DNA of 63,537 bases, filler included, from Catajapyx aquilonaris (Eukaryota), in NCBI GenBank assembly GCA_000934665.2. It is 2 parts of 2 records of this genome, joined end to end, with 100 filler letters (N's around TTAATTAATTAA, not from the genome) between each part and the next. Parts side by side here need not be neighbours in the genome. Positions count along the whole stretch, not along the records: positions 1 to 31,875 come from KZ539159.1; positions 31,976 to 63,537 come from KZ539160.1. One strand, written 5' to 3'. Positions 25,583 through 36,884 of the stretch are shown in pieces. The position numbers and the translations under genes were made by a program. Numbering within the stretch: the stretch's first letter is position 1; every line of letters starts with the position of its first letter. Under the pieces are notes generated by a model. The model was not told where the DNA came from. It saw only the letters and a program-made list of their open reading frames with translations, and did not search any database.

Positions 25583-25864
25583 AGTGTGCTACCGGCCATC
25601 TTCGCACAAAATTGTCCTGGTTTTTTGTTCCGTCCTGGGCAGCACTAGGGGCAGAACACGAGGGAGGACACCGGGGCAGGAGCACGGGCAGGAGGCGGAT
25701 GCTGGCTGGACCACACACAACTCGGGGGCTGTTACTTATGGTAATGGTTAACAAACAATTCGAATTAATCGAACACTTTTTTTTTCTTTTTTTTGGGATT
25801 GGAATTAGTGTTCGAATTACAATTAATTAGTATTGCTAAGTAACGGACTAATTACAGTTAATGA

Positions 25865-27292
25865 ATGGATAAGCTGGTGGAGAAGACACAGAAGGCGCTT
25901 CAAGCCATGGCGTCTGGATCAAACGAGAGCTGCAAGACTGATGCGGAGGTAACTTGGTCGGTTCGTACGTAGCTGGTACGTATGTTAATTACAAATTGCT
26001 TTTTAATTAACAGAAGGATCATCCGTTGCGGCGGAAGAACTCAAACCTGTGCCGCCAGGTTCATGAGCTGATGCGGAACCAACCTGCCACCGAACCGGCC
26101 GTTCAGGATGTACTGGAAGGACTTCATAAGCTACTGGAGAAATCCAGGTTGCGCTTGGAGTCCGTACAGGTCAGCATTGTGGAAGAGCCGCTTCCGCAAG
26201 ACGATGAAGTGGACGACCTGATGGACGACGAGGACGACGTGTTGGGCGGAGGAACCGGATCCGCTTTCGTCCAGAGGGAAGAACGGGTGGAGAAAGTTCA
26301 GAGGTTGCTGGACTCAAACGAGTCGCTGGAGTCCGAGGTTGCGAGGCTCAGGAAGGACCGGACCCTGTTTTTTAACATGGAGGCCAACAGGCTCAGGGAG
26401 GAACTTAGGAAGTTGGGCGAGGTCGTCAAGAAGGTTCGGGAGCTCCCGCAGGTTCAGAGGTACGTATTTCGAGTACGTTGATGAGCAGGTGTCATCATTA
26501 TGTGTGTTGCAGCGTACTGGGGCGGAGCAGCAAGTCATTGGAGGACTTTGTGAACGAGCTTATGAGCGAGGCGGGCATTCTGCTGGAGTCCATACCGTAT
26601 GTGACTGACACCAGTGTGGCGATGGCTGAAGCGAATCCGGATGTGCCCGATTTGACCGATCCGTCCGATGTGCTGGTGTCCGAGGACTTCGCCGACTCGT
26701 GGACACTGCTGCAGTCAGTCCAGGGGCTTCTGAAGGGCACGTTAGAGGGCCTGCGTGAAGCCCACGGACGCCGGCTGGCTGACGAACGGGTCCAGGTGCT
26801 GACATGCCTATGCGACTTGATGGCCAAAATGAACGAGCATGTCGAAAAGTGCATTCCGTACCTACCGTACAACCCGGACCTTAGCGTCAAGCGGAAAAGG
26901 GCTCATGACATGGTAGTCGCCGCAGCTGGTTCGCAGGTATAATATTAAATTTTTTTTATTATTACGCCATACATTTTTCTACACTAATTTGTTCCCTGCA
27001 GAAGATCCGCAGCAGCGCTCGTCTCTGGGAGAAGCGGACGGAGTGCCTGCGACAGTTCCAGCGCATGCAGCAAGGGTCCGTGATGACCCGGCTGGACAGG
27101 CAGACAATGGACATGGAGATGCGTCGGTGCCAGCAGAGAACCGCAGCCCAATCCTCATCCAACACATCCAGTTCTTCCGGTTCCTCCGCATCCTCCACCA
27201 CTTCCGGAGTAGTCGCTCCTTCCACGACCGATCCCAATTTGTCGGGTAAGAAAAAAGCGCCAAAAGTACGCGCACAAGCCAAGGTCAAGTGA
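25865..27292 (+). CDS. Uncharacterised helical/coiled-coil protein 'D', 414 aa; exons 25865-25948, 26014-26459, 26513-26936, 27002-27292
   Basis: Three 53-65 nt GT-AG introns join the ORF pieces in frame. Acidic patch, basic KRKR and KKKAPK stretches, Ser-rich tail. Probable 5' UTR intron 25741-25857. Confidence 0.82.
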
Positions 27293-27491
27293 AAAAGAAA
27301 AAAAAAGTGCCGCCCAATCAACATGTATTAATTTACGTTACGTTCTGAATTACTTTTTTTTTGTGTTTTTAACGGGCCATGTTGAGCCCGAAGTTCATTC
27401 CATTTTTTGTTTCCAATTTTTTGTTGTGAAGACTGGGACCAATCGATTACGTACATTATGTACACAGTTTTTTTCGTGAGTTTCTTGTCAT

Positions 27492-28221
27492 TTATCCTGT
27501 TTTGCGTGGCGGAGGTGGCGGCGGGGGTGGCCCGTAGTGCGGGGGCGGGGGTGGCCCGAAGTACTTTCTGAGCACGAGCGACCACTCGTACGGGTAGTTG
27601 CGCTGTACGTGAGCTATGACCTTGCGTATCTGCTGGTACTGAGAGCGTGAGCAGCGCGGGCAGTGGCCTCGCAGGATCTCAGGGGCCAGGCCTATGCATT
27701 TTCCGCAGAAAAGAAAAAAAAAGTTGTTTAAAAATAAATCGAGCAGAGTACAATGTTATCATGAGAGAGAGAAAAAAAAGGGATGCAAAACGTGGATTAA
27801 AAAAAAAGCCTGTATTTTTTTGGCTGTACGTATGTTGTTTTCTGTGACCTTTTACCATTCGCTGCGATTGTCGCGGCTTTTTCAGGCTGGCTTTTTATAT
27901 TCTTGCGTCAATTTCAGATCTTGGCGACGGCTAGGACGGACCCGACCCCATCCTGTTTTCCTTCCGACCCTTGTCGTATATTTTTTTTAAGTATGTATAA
28001 AAATATTGATACGTACGTCTCAAGTCTTGTCCCACTTTGTCGCAAGGACCGGCGTGCAATACGCAGTCCAGCTGCTGCCTCATGTACTTCTTGTCGTGAA
28101 GGGCGACCTCCAAAGCCGCGCTCTGGATGAGCTGGCGTCTGGCTCGGATTCTTGTGCCGCCCGCATCGGCGAAGGAGGTCCAGGCCACGATGAGGGCAAG
28201 CGGCAGGAGGATGCGTCGCAT
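27492..28221 (-). CDS. Chemosensory protein (OS-D/CSP family), 134 aa; exons 28221-28017, 27691-27492
   Basis: Signal peptide; exact C-X6-C-X18-C-X2-C spacing after splicing; IRKVIAHVQRNYPYEW helix. Probable non-coding first exon ending at a CAG|GTATGA donor near 28650. Confidence 0.92.
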
Positions 28222-29180
28222 CGTCTGTTGTTCGAAGTATATTAATTTCAAGGGGAAGGTTAGCAAAGCGGAGTGAGACGTTTTAACTTTCTCCTCTTTT
28301 CTCTTTTGGGTGCATGAACTTAGTATGAAATCGTGTGCATCAAGAGGCGACCTCCATATAGTGATTTTTCCGAGAATGGGCCACGCCATGTACACTTCCG
28401 AGATGTGGATCAGGATGCACCCGGAGATTGGTCTCTCGGAAGTACCGTTAGCAGAAGGGATAGGTTAGGCCTTTTTTGTATGCTGCTTGCATCGTACGTG
28501 GGTTACGGGCGATGCATGAGCATAAAAAGTGAAAATCCGCCGCCTTGCCAAATGACATATTATGCTTAAAAGAAAGTAAAAGCTGTCCTGGACCTTTGTG
28601 CGCTTGACCTGAAGTAGGTCATGGCCCTCCTCCCCCCAAAGGGTCATACCTGAAACGATGATGCGGTAGATGGTTTTTCCTGGATGGATCCGGCGGAGTG
28701 GCTGCTATTGAACTGTGTTGGCCGTTTGCTTGTTTCCCGTTGCAAGGCAAGTGGGCAACTGGGTCAGCCAGACACCGCCTTCCGTAGGGGTCGGCCCTTT
28801 TTATTTAAGAAGGTGGGAGGAGCGGCAATGGGGGGGGAAGTGACAGGTGTGGTGGCCTTGGCCTCAGGGAAGGAAGAGGGTCCTTGGCCTCCAACTGATG
28901 GAATCGGTGAAGGGGAAGAGAGGGGCCCACCGAAAATATCTTCACAACAAAGGAAAAGGACTTCAAGGCTGATTGGCTATGGCGTCACTGTGGCCTCGGA
29001 GGAGGTTGTTTATTATGCAATTGTTGTCGGCACGTGGGCATTGCAGAAGAGTAATTACGGTACGATCTGGAACCAATCCGAAGAATACATCCGTCGATAT
29101 GATGTCAAACACTGGGTGATTCGGATGAAAGATTACTAAGCACGGCTGTCCGTTTTTCCCCCCCCCTTTTCGAAAGGTCC

Positions 29181-31148
29181 TCAGGGCGTGTTATCCATGT
29201 ACACGTGCAGTCCTTGCGGGACAGCCTCGCTCCGTATGACCCGCCCAGCGTCGTCAATCTCCTCGATGGCGATGACCAGACTGGCCGGCTCGTCCGGGTC
29301 CTCCTCCCTCATGCTGCTGCCGCCTTCTTCCATCAGCTTCTCCGTCAGCTCCAGGCTCTCGTAACGAACAGTCTGGAGCCGAAGATAACCGTCGTGGTCG
29401 CACTTGTACCTGAACCGGGAGTGACCAGACGGCCACTGGTACTTGTGCTTTTTAATGAGATGCTGCGTCAGTCGTGATCCTCTTGGAAATACCTGCAATA
29501 CGCATTTTATAGCGGCGTACGTGGTTTTACAAATGATGCGACTTACCTCGTTGCACATATGGCAGCAGTACCGAGGCGGCTGCGTCTTATGCTTGACCAG
29601 CATGTGTTGGGCTAGCGTCCGCATTGACCTGCAAATGTAGGTGCATCCGTCCATCTCGCACTGGTGCTCGGTCGTGTTTAGGTGCGTCGACATATGTCGG
29701 GTTAGATCGCTCCGAGCCTTAGCGGTATGTGGGCAATGCGGGCATTGAAACGGCTTTTCCGATGAGTGACGGAACTTGATGTGGGTTGTTAGTCCGGATG
29801 GCTGCGGACAGGTCATATCGCAGTGTGGACACTTGTGGTTGTTGATGTGCTGCCGCATGTGGTCGCGCAGCAATCGCTCGAGCGCAAACGTCTTGGAGCA
29901 ATGGGAGCACTGGAAGCTTTGCACTGTAATGAAACGCAATTAGCGCATGTACACACATGGCAGCCGGTACTTACTTGTAACCGGATCCTGCCGTTTGCAG
30001 TGGTCATACAGCTTGGTTCGGTTAGCGAACAGCCCGCCACACGTCGGACAAGCGACGACCTTCTCCTGCGTATGGCTCCGAACATGCTCTTTCAACTTAT
30101 GCACCGACACGAAGTTCGCATTGCATCCGTCCCATTTGCAGTACACTCCGCCTTCGATCCTATTCCCTCTCGGGTTGGCCTCCACATGCGATTGAACATG
30201 CGCGTAGAAATGATGAGCGCTCAAGAAGGGCAGACGGTCCTCGCAGCAATCGTCCCAGTAGCATATGAGCTGCTCCGGCAACTCCGGGAGGGTATTACAC
30301 GCTTCAGGTGCAAACGAGCACCCTTTGAGACCCAGCCTGGTCAGCATGTTTGATCCGATGCATTTAAGACGTGTATGGAACGCATGGTAGTACACATGTC
30401 GCTGGGATTCGTCCGCTTGATGCGTCGTGAAGTCGCATCCGGTCCATTTGCACTCGTACGATGCGTCTGAAAAGTCGTAATGTTGCGGTTGGTACATCGC
30501 ACTTAAAGTTCGCAATAAAACAGGCCGTCAGAATTGCGGTTGGCTTCAGCTGTGGATCAGCCGGCATTTCCTATCAATTGCAAACATCACTTAGCCTGAT
30601 TACAGCTATGTACGGATCACATACTTTGTACCACACGTTTCAAGCAGCGTTTCCGTCCGCAATTATTGCAACGGATGCCATACAGATTTAACTGGGTTAT
30701 GCTGGTTGCTCGTTAGTAATTAGTTGTGACCACCCGATTCAATTGTGCTTTTTACATATTAGGATCTTACAATTTTAATGTAGTTTATGTTCCGCCATAC
30801 CTCGTACATTGAGTATGTCGGGCACGTGCAACGACACGTGCTTCACGAACTCCTCCGTGTCCTCCGTACTCTCATCGCACCAACCGCACGTCATCCGAAG
30901 CGTCTCCGCTTTAACCGGCGGACGAATCTTCTGAACAGCCCTGGTCCGATGCCGCTTCTCCGGCTGACCCGAGCTCAACGGGTCACTCTCAAACTTTGGA
31001 ACCGCAACCTCAATCAGCATCTGCAAGGAGAGGTCATACCACCGGGTCATACTCCGTACTTATTTGGAACAACTGTCGCAACAGTTACCTCCTCTTGCGC
31101 TGACTCCACCTTAAGCTGCATTGTCCACGCATCAGGTTTGGGCTCCAT
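29181..31148 (-). CDS. HINFP: Histone H4 transcription factor (HiNF-P), C2H2 zinc-finger protein, 486 aa; exons 31148-31089, 31020-30801, 30466-29975, 29923-29547, 29492-29181
   Basis: Diagnostic RSHTQEKVVACPTCGGLFAN, ERLLRDHMR and WPSGHSRFRYK..DGYLRLQTVRYESLELT. Splice phases are consistent. Confidence 0.95.
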
Positions 31149-31285
31149 CTGTAACGACAAGGACCAAAGACGGTCAAAAAAAACGACAGGGACCAACAAC
31201 CAAAGACGAACGACAACAACGAACGACAAGGACCAAAAAAAAAAAAAAACGAACGACAACGTGTGAACATACCTGTACCAAAAAA

Positions 31286-31741
31286 AACGTTCCAAAGTTC
31301 CAAACACAGACGTTCGAAAGTTCTAAAAGACAGACGTTCCAAACACAGACGTTCGAAAGTTCTAAAAGACAGACGTTCCAAAGTTCCAAACACAGACGTT
31401 CGAAAGTTCCAAAAGACAGACGTTCCAAACACAGACGTTCCAAAAAAAACGTTCCAAAGTTCCAAACACAGACGTTCTAAGGTTCCAAAGACAGACGTTC
31501 CAAAGTTCCAAAAAAACCGTTCCAAAGTTCCAAACGCAGACGTTCGAAAGTTCCAAAAGACAGACGTTCTAAGGTTCCAAAGACAGACGCTCCTCCAAAG
31601 TTCCAAAAAAAANNNNNNNNNNNNNNNNNNNNNNNNNNNNNNNNNNNNNNNCCAAAAAAAAAAAAAAAAAAAAACGTGCCAAAGTTCCAAAAGACGGACG
31701 TTCTAAGGTTCCAAAGACGGACGTTCCAAACAAGCGTTCCC
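31286..31741. repeat. Complex minisatellite of GTTCCAAA / (C/G)ACAGAC modules upstream of the HINFP start, interrupted by an N gap
   Basis: Repeated variants of CAGACGTTC(C/G)AAAGTTC(C/T)AAA. Confidence 0.9.
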
Positions 31742-31875
31742 AACAGAATATCCTACATGGCGGCCATCTTTTTTTTTCTCTCTCTCTCTTCCTATTTTTT
31801 CCCCCCAACAATTGTTAACCACCAACAATGCTTCTGTTCGCTTAGTTGCAGCAGTTCGGACAACCATGTTCCGTT

Positions 31876-31975
31876 NNNNNNNNNNNNNNNNNNNNNNNNN
31901 NNNNNNNNNNNNNNNNNNNTTAATTAATTAANNNNNNNNNNNNNNNNNNNNNNNNNNNNNNNNNNNNNNNNNNNN
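31876..31975. other. Artificial contig-joining spacer
   Basis: Exactly 44 N + TTAATTAATTAA + 44 N = 100 nt. The 12-mer is palindromic and gives stops in all six frames. Confidence 0.85.
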
Positions 31976-32862
31976 ATACGGTTCCATTGTTTGGTTAACA
32001 TATGGGGGATGTCAACATGGCAACGCCTAGCAACACGCCGCGTACGGTAGCGATACGGTAGTGTTTGAATTTCGCGGGCGGATATGACGTCATGATTTGG
32101 CCCAAACTTTGGGGACCTCGTGAGCCCTAACCAGGCCACGTAGAGCAATATGACCTTCACTTCCATATACTGATTTTTCCCAAGCAATCTCGCTACCTGA
32201 AGCTTGTCCGCCATTTACCGACCACCCTGTATAGTCTGGTGACCCCGGGTAGCTTGCCCCCTGGGGTAACTGGTTGTTTACTGCTATCCTTTTACATATG
32301 TTGCCATGGTGATTGCCCGTGGGATAGCTTACCCTGGGTCACCAGACTAGGGGCCTTAAAGGCCCAAATGACATCACTGTTGTTATCAATGCTAAGCAAG
32401 TGACAATGACAATGGTAGCAAAGGCTATTTAATTTGAACCATATAAAATTATAATATTGTCAGCATACAGGAGATATCTACTAATTGTAAGTCAAATTTA
32501 AGCGGTTGTGAGTTACTTGCACCACCAAGTTGCATTTTGAATGCTCTCTCATCACCTAGTGAAGTCGGTTGAGTCCTAAAGGTTCATAATGAGCCATCTC
32601 TGCCATCTACACCTCCCCAGAAGCTTCTTATTCCATTCTCTCGCCACTTCAAATAGCAGACCAAGGACTGACACTGTATACTGCTTTTGTTGCATGAGGG
32701 CATATCTGGTCAACAGTCACCTCCCCCCTTCCCTTGCACTATCCAAGTGGGAGTCATGCAAGCCATTGAGCAAGCAATTCTACATTTAAAACGTTCCACT
32801 GGGAGTGGAAATATTACTCAGCTGCTTGTGATGTTGAAGTATACTGTCCATCTATATAGAGG

Positions 32863-33080
32863 GAGGTGGAGTGGTGTTGCGGTAACGTATGCTCCCACGG
32901 ATGTTGAGGTCCCGGGGTTCCCCCCTTCATCTCTTGCAGAGTTGGGTCATCTCTGGCTTCGTCTCGGGTGGAAATTTCCGCTAGACTAATCCACCCGGGG
33001 GAGTTCACAATGACCAATAAACGACATTGCACTTGCACTTTGCACATCCCCTCCTACTTACCCTGGGAACAATTAAATAT
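32863..33080 (+). mobile_element. tRNA-derived SINE (family also at 61283-61561)
   Basis: A/B-box-like head; GAGTTGGGTC..TCTCTGGCTTCGTCTCGGGTGGAA..ACTAATCCACCCGGGGGAG shared with the second copy. Confidence 0.7.
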
Positions 33081-33250
33081 AAACATTATATATGATTCCA
33101 AAAGTTGGTGGTATTCCACCCCCCTAAGAGGGCCTAGGGCCATAGCACCGGGTACAACAAAAAAGAAAAAGAATTAAAAAACCTGTCGATCTATATGCAA
33201 GTGTTTTGCAAAGTAATAATTATCTTTCAAAATTGTCATTCATACTAACT

Positions 33251-33489
33251 CAGTGGTTCCCAGCCTTTTCCGGGTTGCGACCCCCTTTTATGATAGTCAA
33301 GTGACCTGCGGAACANCCCCCCCACCCAGAGTGTAAGTAGGTGTTGAAAAAAACAACCTTCGCGATGAAATTTCCAATAATAATTAAAAAATCATATAAA
33401 TTTTAGTAATTTGTTATTTTATAAATATTACAGCGGCCATGCGCGACCCCCCGGAAAAGGCTTTGCGACCCCCAGGTTGGGAACCACAG
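33251..33489. mobile_element. hAT MITE
   Basis: TIR CAGTGGTTCCCA / TGGGAACCACAG; 8-bp TSD TACTAACT on both sides. Confidence 0.85.
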
Positions 33490-33672
33490 TACTAACTAAT
33501 CAGTCCCATTGTAAAAAATGTATAAGGTGGGAGGTCCCAGAGATGCTTTCTTGGATGTCCATCAACTATACTAGCTGATTGTGATCAACAGATTGGATTA
33601 ACCAACAACAATATCTGCCTAAATGTCCTGTACAGTGGCATTCTCCCATTTATTTAAGTCATTATATTCCAG

Positions 33673-36600
33673 CTTGGCAAGAAGAACCTGAAGAGGGTGT
33701 TCACCAAATTCGCCAATGAGGGCAAGGTGACTCTACGATTTGGGAATCCACCACATGACATTCTCCTACGGGGATCCACAGACCATGTGAAGGAGTTCGT
33801 AGGACAACTAAAACAGGTCATGACCGAGATTTCAGGAGAGGGATGCTCTTCCACACCAAAGCCTAAGCCTGTACCTGTCTACCAGTACACCATTAAGAAG
33901 CTGTTGAAGGACAAAATTCATTTGCACGTGGAATCCCAAGAACGACTCCAGGGAAAAATTCCAGCAGATCTTAAGTCGCTTACTGTAAGTTTTCTATGTT
34001 AATACTGTAGCCTATTACCTTGAAAATTATATCATGCAACAGTCGAAATATTTGGATGCAAAGGTGCAATTTGCACTCCAAAATTATGATTTGCACTCCA
34101 AAGTGAGCCATGGAATGCATAGTTTGCACTCCAGTTGGACCTGTTTTTTAACATAACTAAACCCAGTAATTAAAAATTAAGCACTGAGAGTAAGCAATAT
34201 GCACTCCAAATGAAAGTCTGGAGTGCAAACTTGGCACATGGACATAAAAATTTAAGATTCGACCCCTGATGCAAGTACAAAATGAGGTTGACCAAGGAGC
34301 CAATATACATACACCAGGGGAACTGGCCAGCTAGAGTTAAATGTGGTCATTTTTGTAATTGCCTCCTCTCTTTGAAAATATTATTAGCTCTTTCGAACAC
34401 ACCATTTTGCTGCTGACTGGTTGGACCTGGACTGGGAATTTATTTACATAGTAATACTAAAACACTGTACTATGAGAAATTCGTAGGAGATCAGAAGCCA
34501 CATGTTGACAAAAACTGGCAGGAGGGAGGAGCTATATTTAGCTCAATCTGGAAGGCGGAAAAACTTATTACCATATGCCATGGTAGTTGAGCCCCCTTCC
34601 ACGAGGTCGTAGGAGGAGTTTGAGCCTCAAACTGCTCCATTTCTGTCTACACTCTAGCGCGCCCAGTTCAAAAGCCTGCAGTACACCATATGATCCACGT
34701 AGGCCTCAAAGGGTTAAAGTTTTCTTTGCTCCTTAGATTATCCGACCTTTTTTGTGTTCCGACCATGCCCCAGTCTCATGGATGATGGATAATCAGGGTT
34801 CTACAGTATATTTTTCAGGTGAAATGTAGGCAAAATTCCATTTTAAACTGGCATACCCTTCTTTATACCAGCATGCTAATAGAACCACCAGAAATGCAGT
34901 TTGTAAAATATGGCCACTCCAGTTTTCACTGGCCTTCCACTGTTTGTGATACAAGGTGATCCAAAATACTAATCTCATTGCTGTGGCTATTTGTGTGCAT
35001 ATTTTGAAGTATTAACACTAACAAGACGGGCGTATCATATGCTGATACGGTGGCTCTAAAAAATTCTGCTGGCAAAACTATAGCGTTTTCCCACTATGTA
35101 ACGTGGTTTCTGTGTGGCTTTTTAAATTTTCTCGCGCGTAAAAAATCTCGAGTTTTGGCCTACAAAATCGTGCATAAATAAACCGCATTAACCAGATTAA
35201 CTTGAATGAAATAATCTTTTTGCGGCCGCTGGAAGAAAACTTCAAAAAAAAATCCGACCTTGACCGGCAAATTTTTGGCATACATAGTTGCCCCCAAACC
35301 TCCTCAAGAGATTCCACCCTGAAATTAGTGCAAAAGATGATTCAATAGTTTTAAAATAAATAATGTTCGTAAATGCCAATTAGCGGCTGGCGGGAGTCTG
35401 TGCACTTCAACGCCGGCCTCAGGCTGGCTGGAGGGCACATGCTCCCCGCGCCTTTTGAATGGCTGAATGTTTACATTCGTGAGGGGTTGTTTGTTTATGA
35501 CTGCTGCGAGTCTCGCAGTCCTGTGACGTAATTCATGCCATGCGCTTATGAACGGCTTTGTTCAGAGGTGCCAAGGCTACATACCGATAATTTTTTGTCA
35601 AGCAGGCAGAGTGACAAAAAAATGGAGTAGGTGCGAAACATACCCCTGTGCCACCTTGTTTGCGTGTTTAAGACTTTACATCTCCGTATCGTATGAGAGG
35701 AGGGTCACATAGATGGCCTCAGGATCAAGCCTGGACACTATATGATCTTATTCACTAGTGTTTTCAAGTCTTGTCCCCCAAGTCCCAGAGAAAGCAAATT
35801 TTTTGCAGATACTTACAAAAACAAGAAAAACCACCCGTCTTATTAGGGTTACTAGTTAGTTTTGCAGTTTAGTGCCAAAAATAGCTGTAGCAATCAGACA
35901 AGTATTTTGGATCATCCTGTATACAGGGTGCAGACATTTAAAGTACCGTCGCTTTGGGGGATGGTGAAGGGTTCTAGGCGATCATGTTAAGTATGCGTAA
36001 TCGTGGTTATCCGAAGCATAGTTACCAAGACAATGGGCATCAAACACAAGGTATAAAATATCCTGGGAGGTATGCGTCCCTCCATGCGACCTTACATTTT
36101 TTATTGAAATTTAATGTTATCATGAAATATCAATTTAATATAGGATCCCATTAGGCATCGCCGGCAATGGAAGTGCCATAGGCGGTATCCGAAACATACA
36201 CACTGGTAGTATAATGCACTTTTTATTTAATGCTAATTTTCTTGGTAACTAGGCTTTGGAGACCCATGATTCCTATACTTAAAATGATAGCCTAGAATCC
36301 CTCTACCATCCCCCAAACCGACTGTACGTTAAATTTCCGCACCCTGTATAAAGGAGAAGGGCTGCCTGTCCAGTGAAGTGGGGGTAAGGGAGGGCTGGGA
36401 GTTGAAGGAGCTGCAGCCAATGATGTCACACTACACCAGTCACACCCTAGGGCAGGGGTATTCAACTAGTTTATGACAAGGTCCAGTATTTACCTTTCCT
36501 GGGCCATGGAAGGTCCGGACCCCCCCCCACGGTAAAGATATGGAATTTATATGGTACAACAGGGAAGGGCGACACGGTGGCGGAGTGGTTAGCGCCACAG

Positions 36601-36818
36601 CCTTCCACCTGTAAGGTCCCGAGTTCGATCCCCGGGTTGCGCAAAGGATGCTTATGTGGATAGAGTTTCGATGGGTTCTCTCCGTGTTCGCGTGGGTTTT
36701 CTCGGGGTTCTCCCATTTCCTCCCGCAATCAAAAATCCATCACACGCAGGCAATGATTAAAGATGGTTCACGAAAAGATGATCCCCTAAGATGCCCAAGG
36801 GGCCTATCACGGGGTATC

Positions 36819-36884
<66 letters not shown>

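Noticed and set aside
28684..29139. 151-aa plus-strand ORF
   Set aside because: No recognisable domain; it is antisense to the CSP promoter and HINFP 3' region.
31300..31600. Heat-shock element array
   Set aside because: GAAnnTTC pairs occur, but I did not find three properly alternating nGAAn units.
19618..31770. Endogenous virus or giant transposon (Polinton-like) carrying the unrecognised genes
   Set aside because: No polymerase, integrase, capsid or ATPase motifs and no terminal repeats or TSD were found. The region includes ordinary host genes (CSP, HINFP).
31085..31811. Repetitive ORFs (FGTLER.., KFQKTDV..)
   Set aside because: They are translations of the minisatellite in several frames and run through Ns.
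31741..32240. Bidirectional HINFP-LRR1 promoter, or a hairpin centred on TTAATTAATTAA
   Set aside because: It spans an artificial spacer, so adjacency is unproven.
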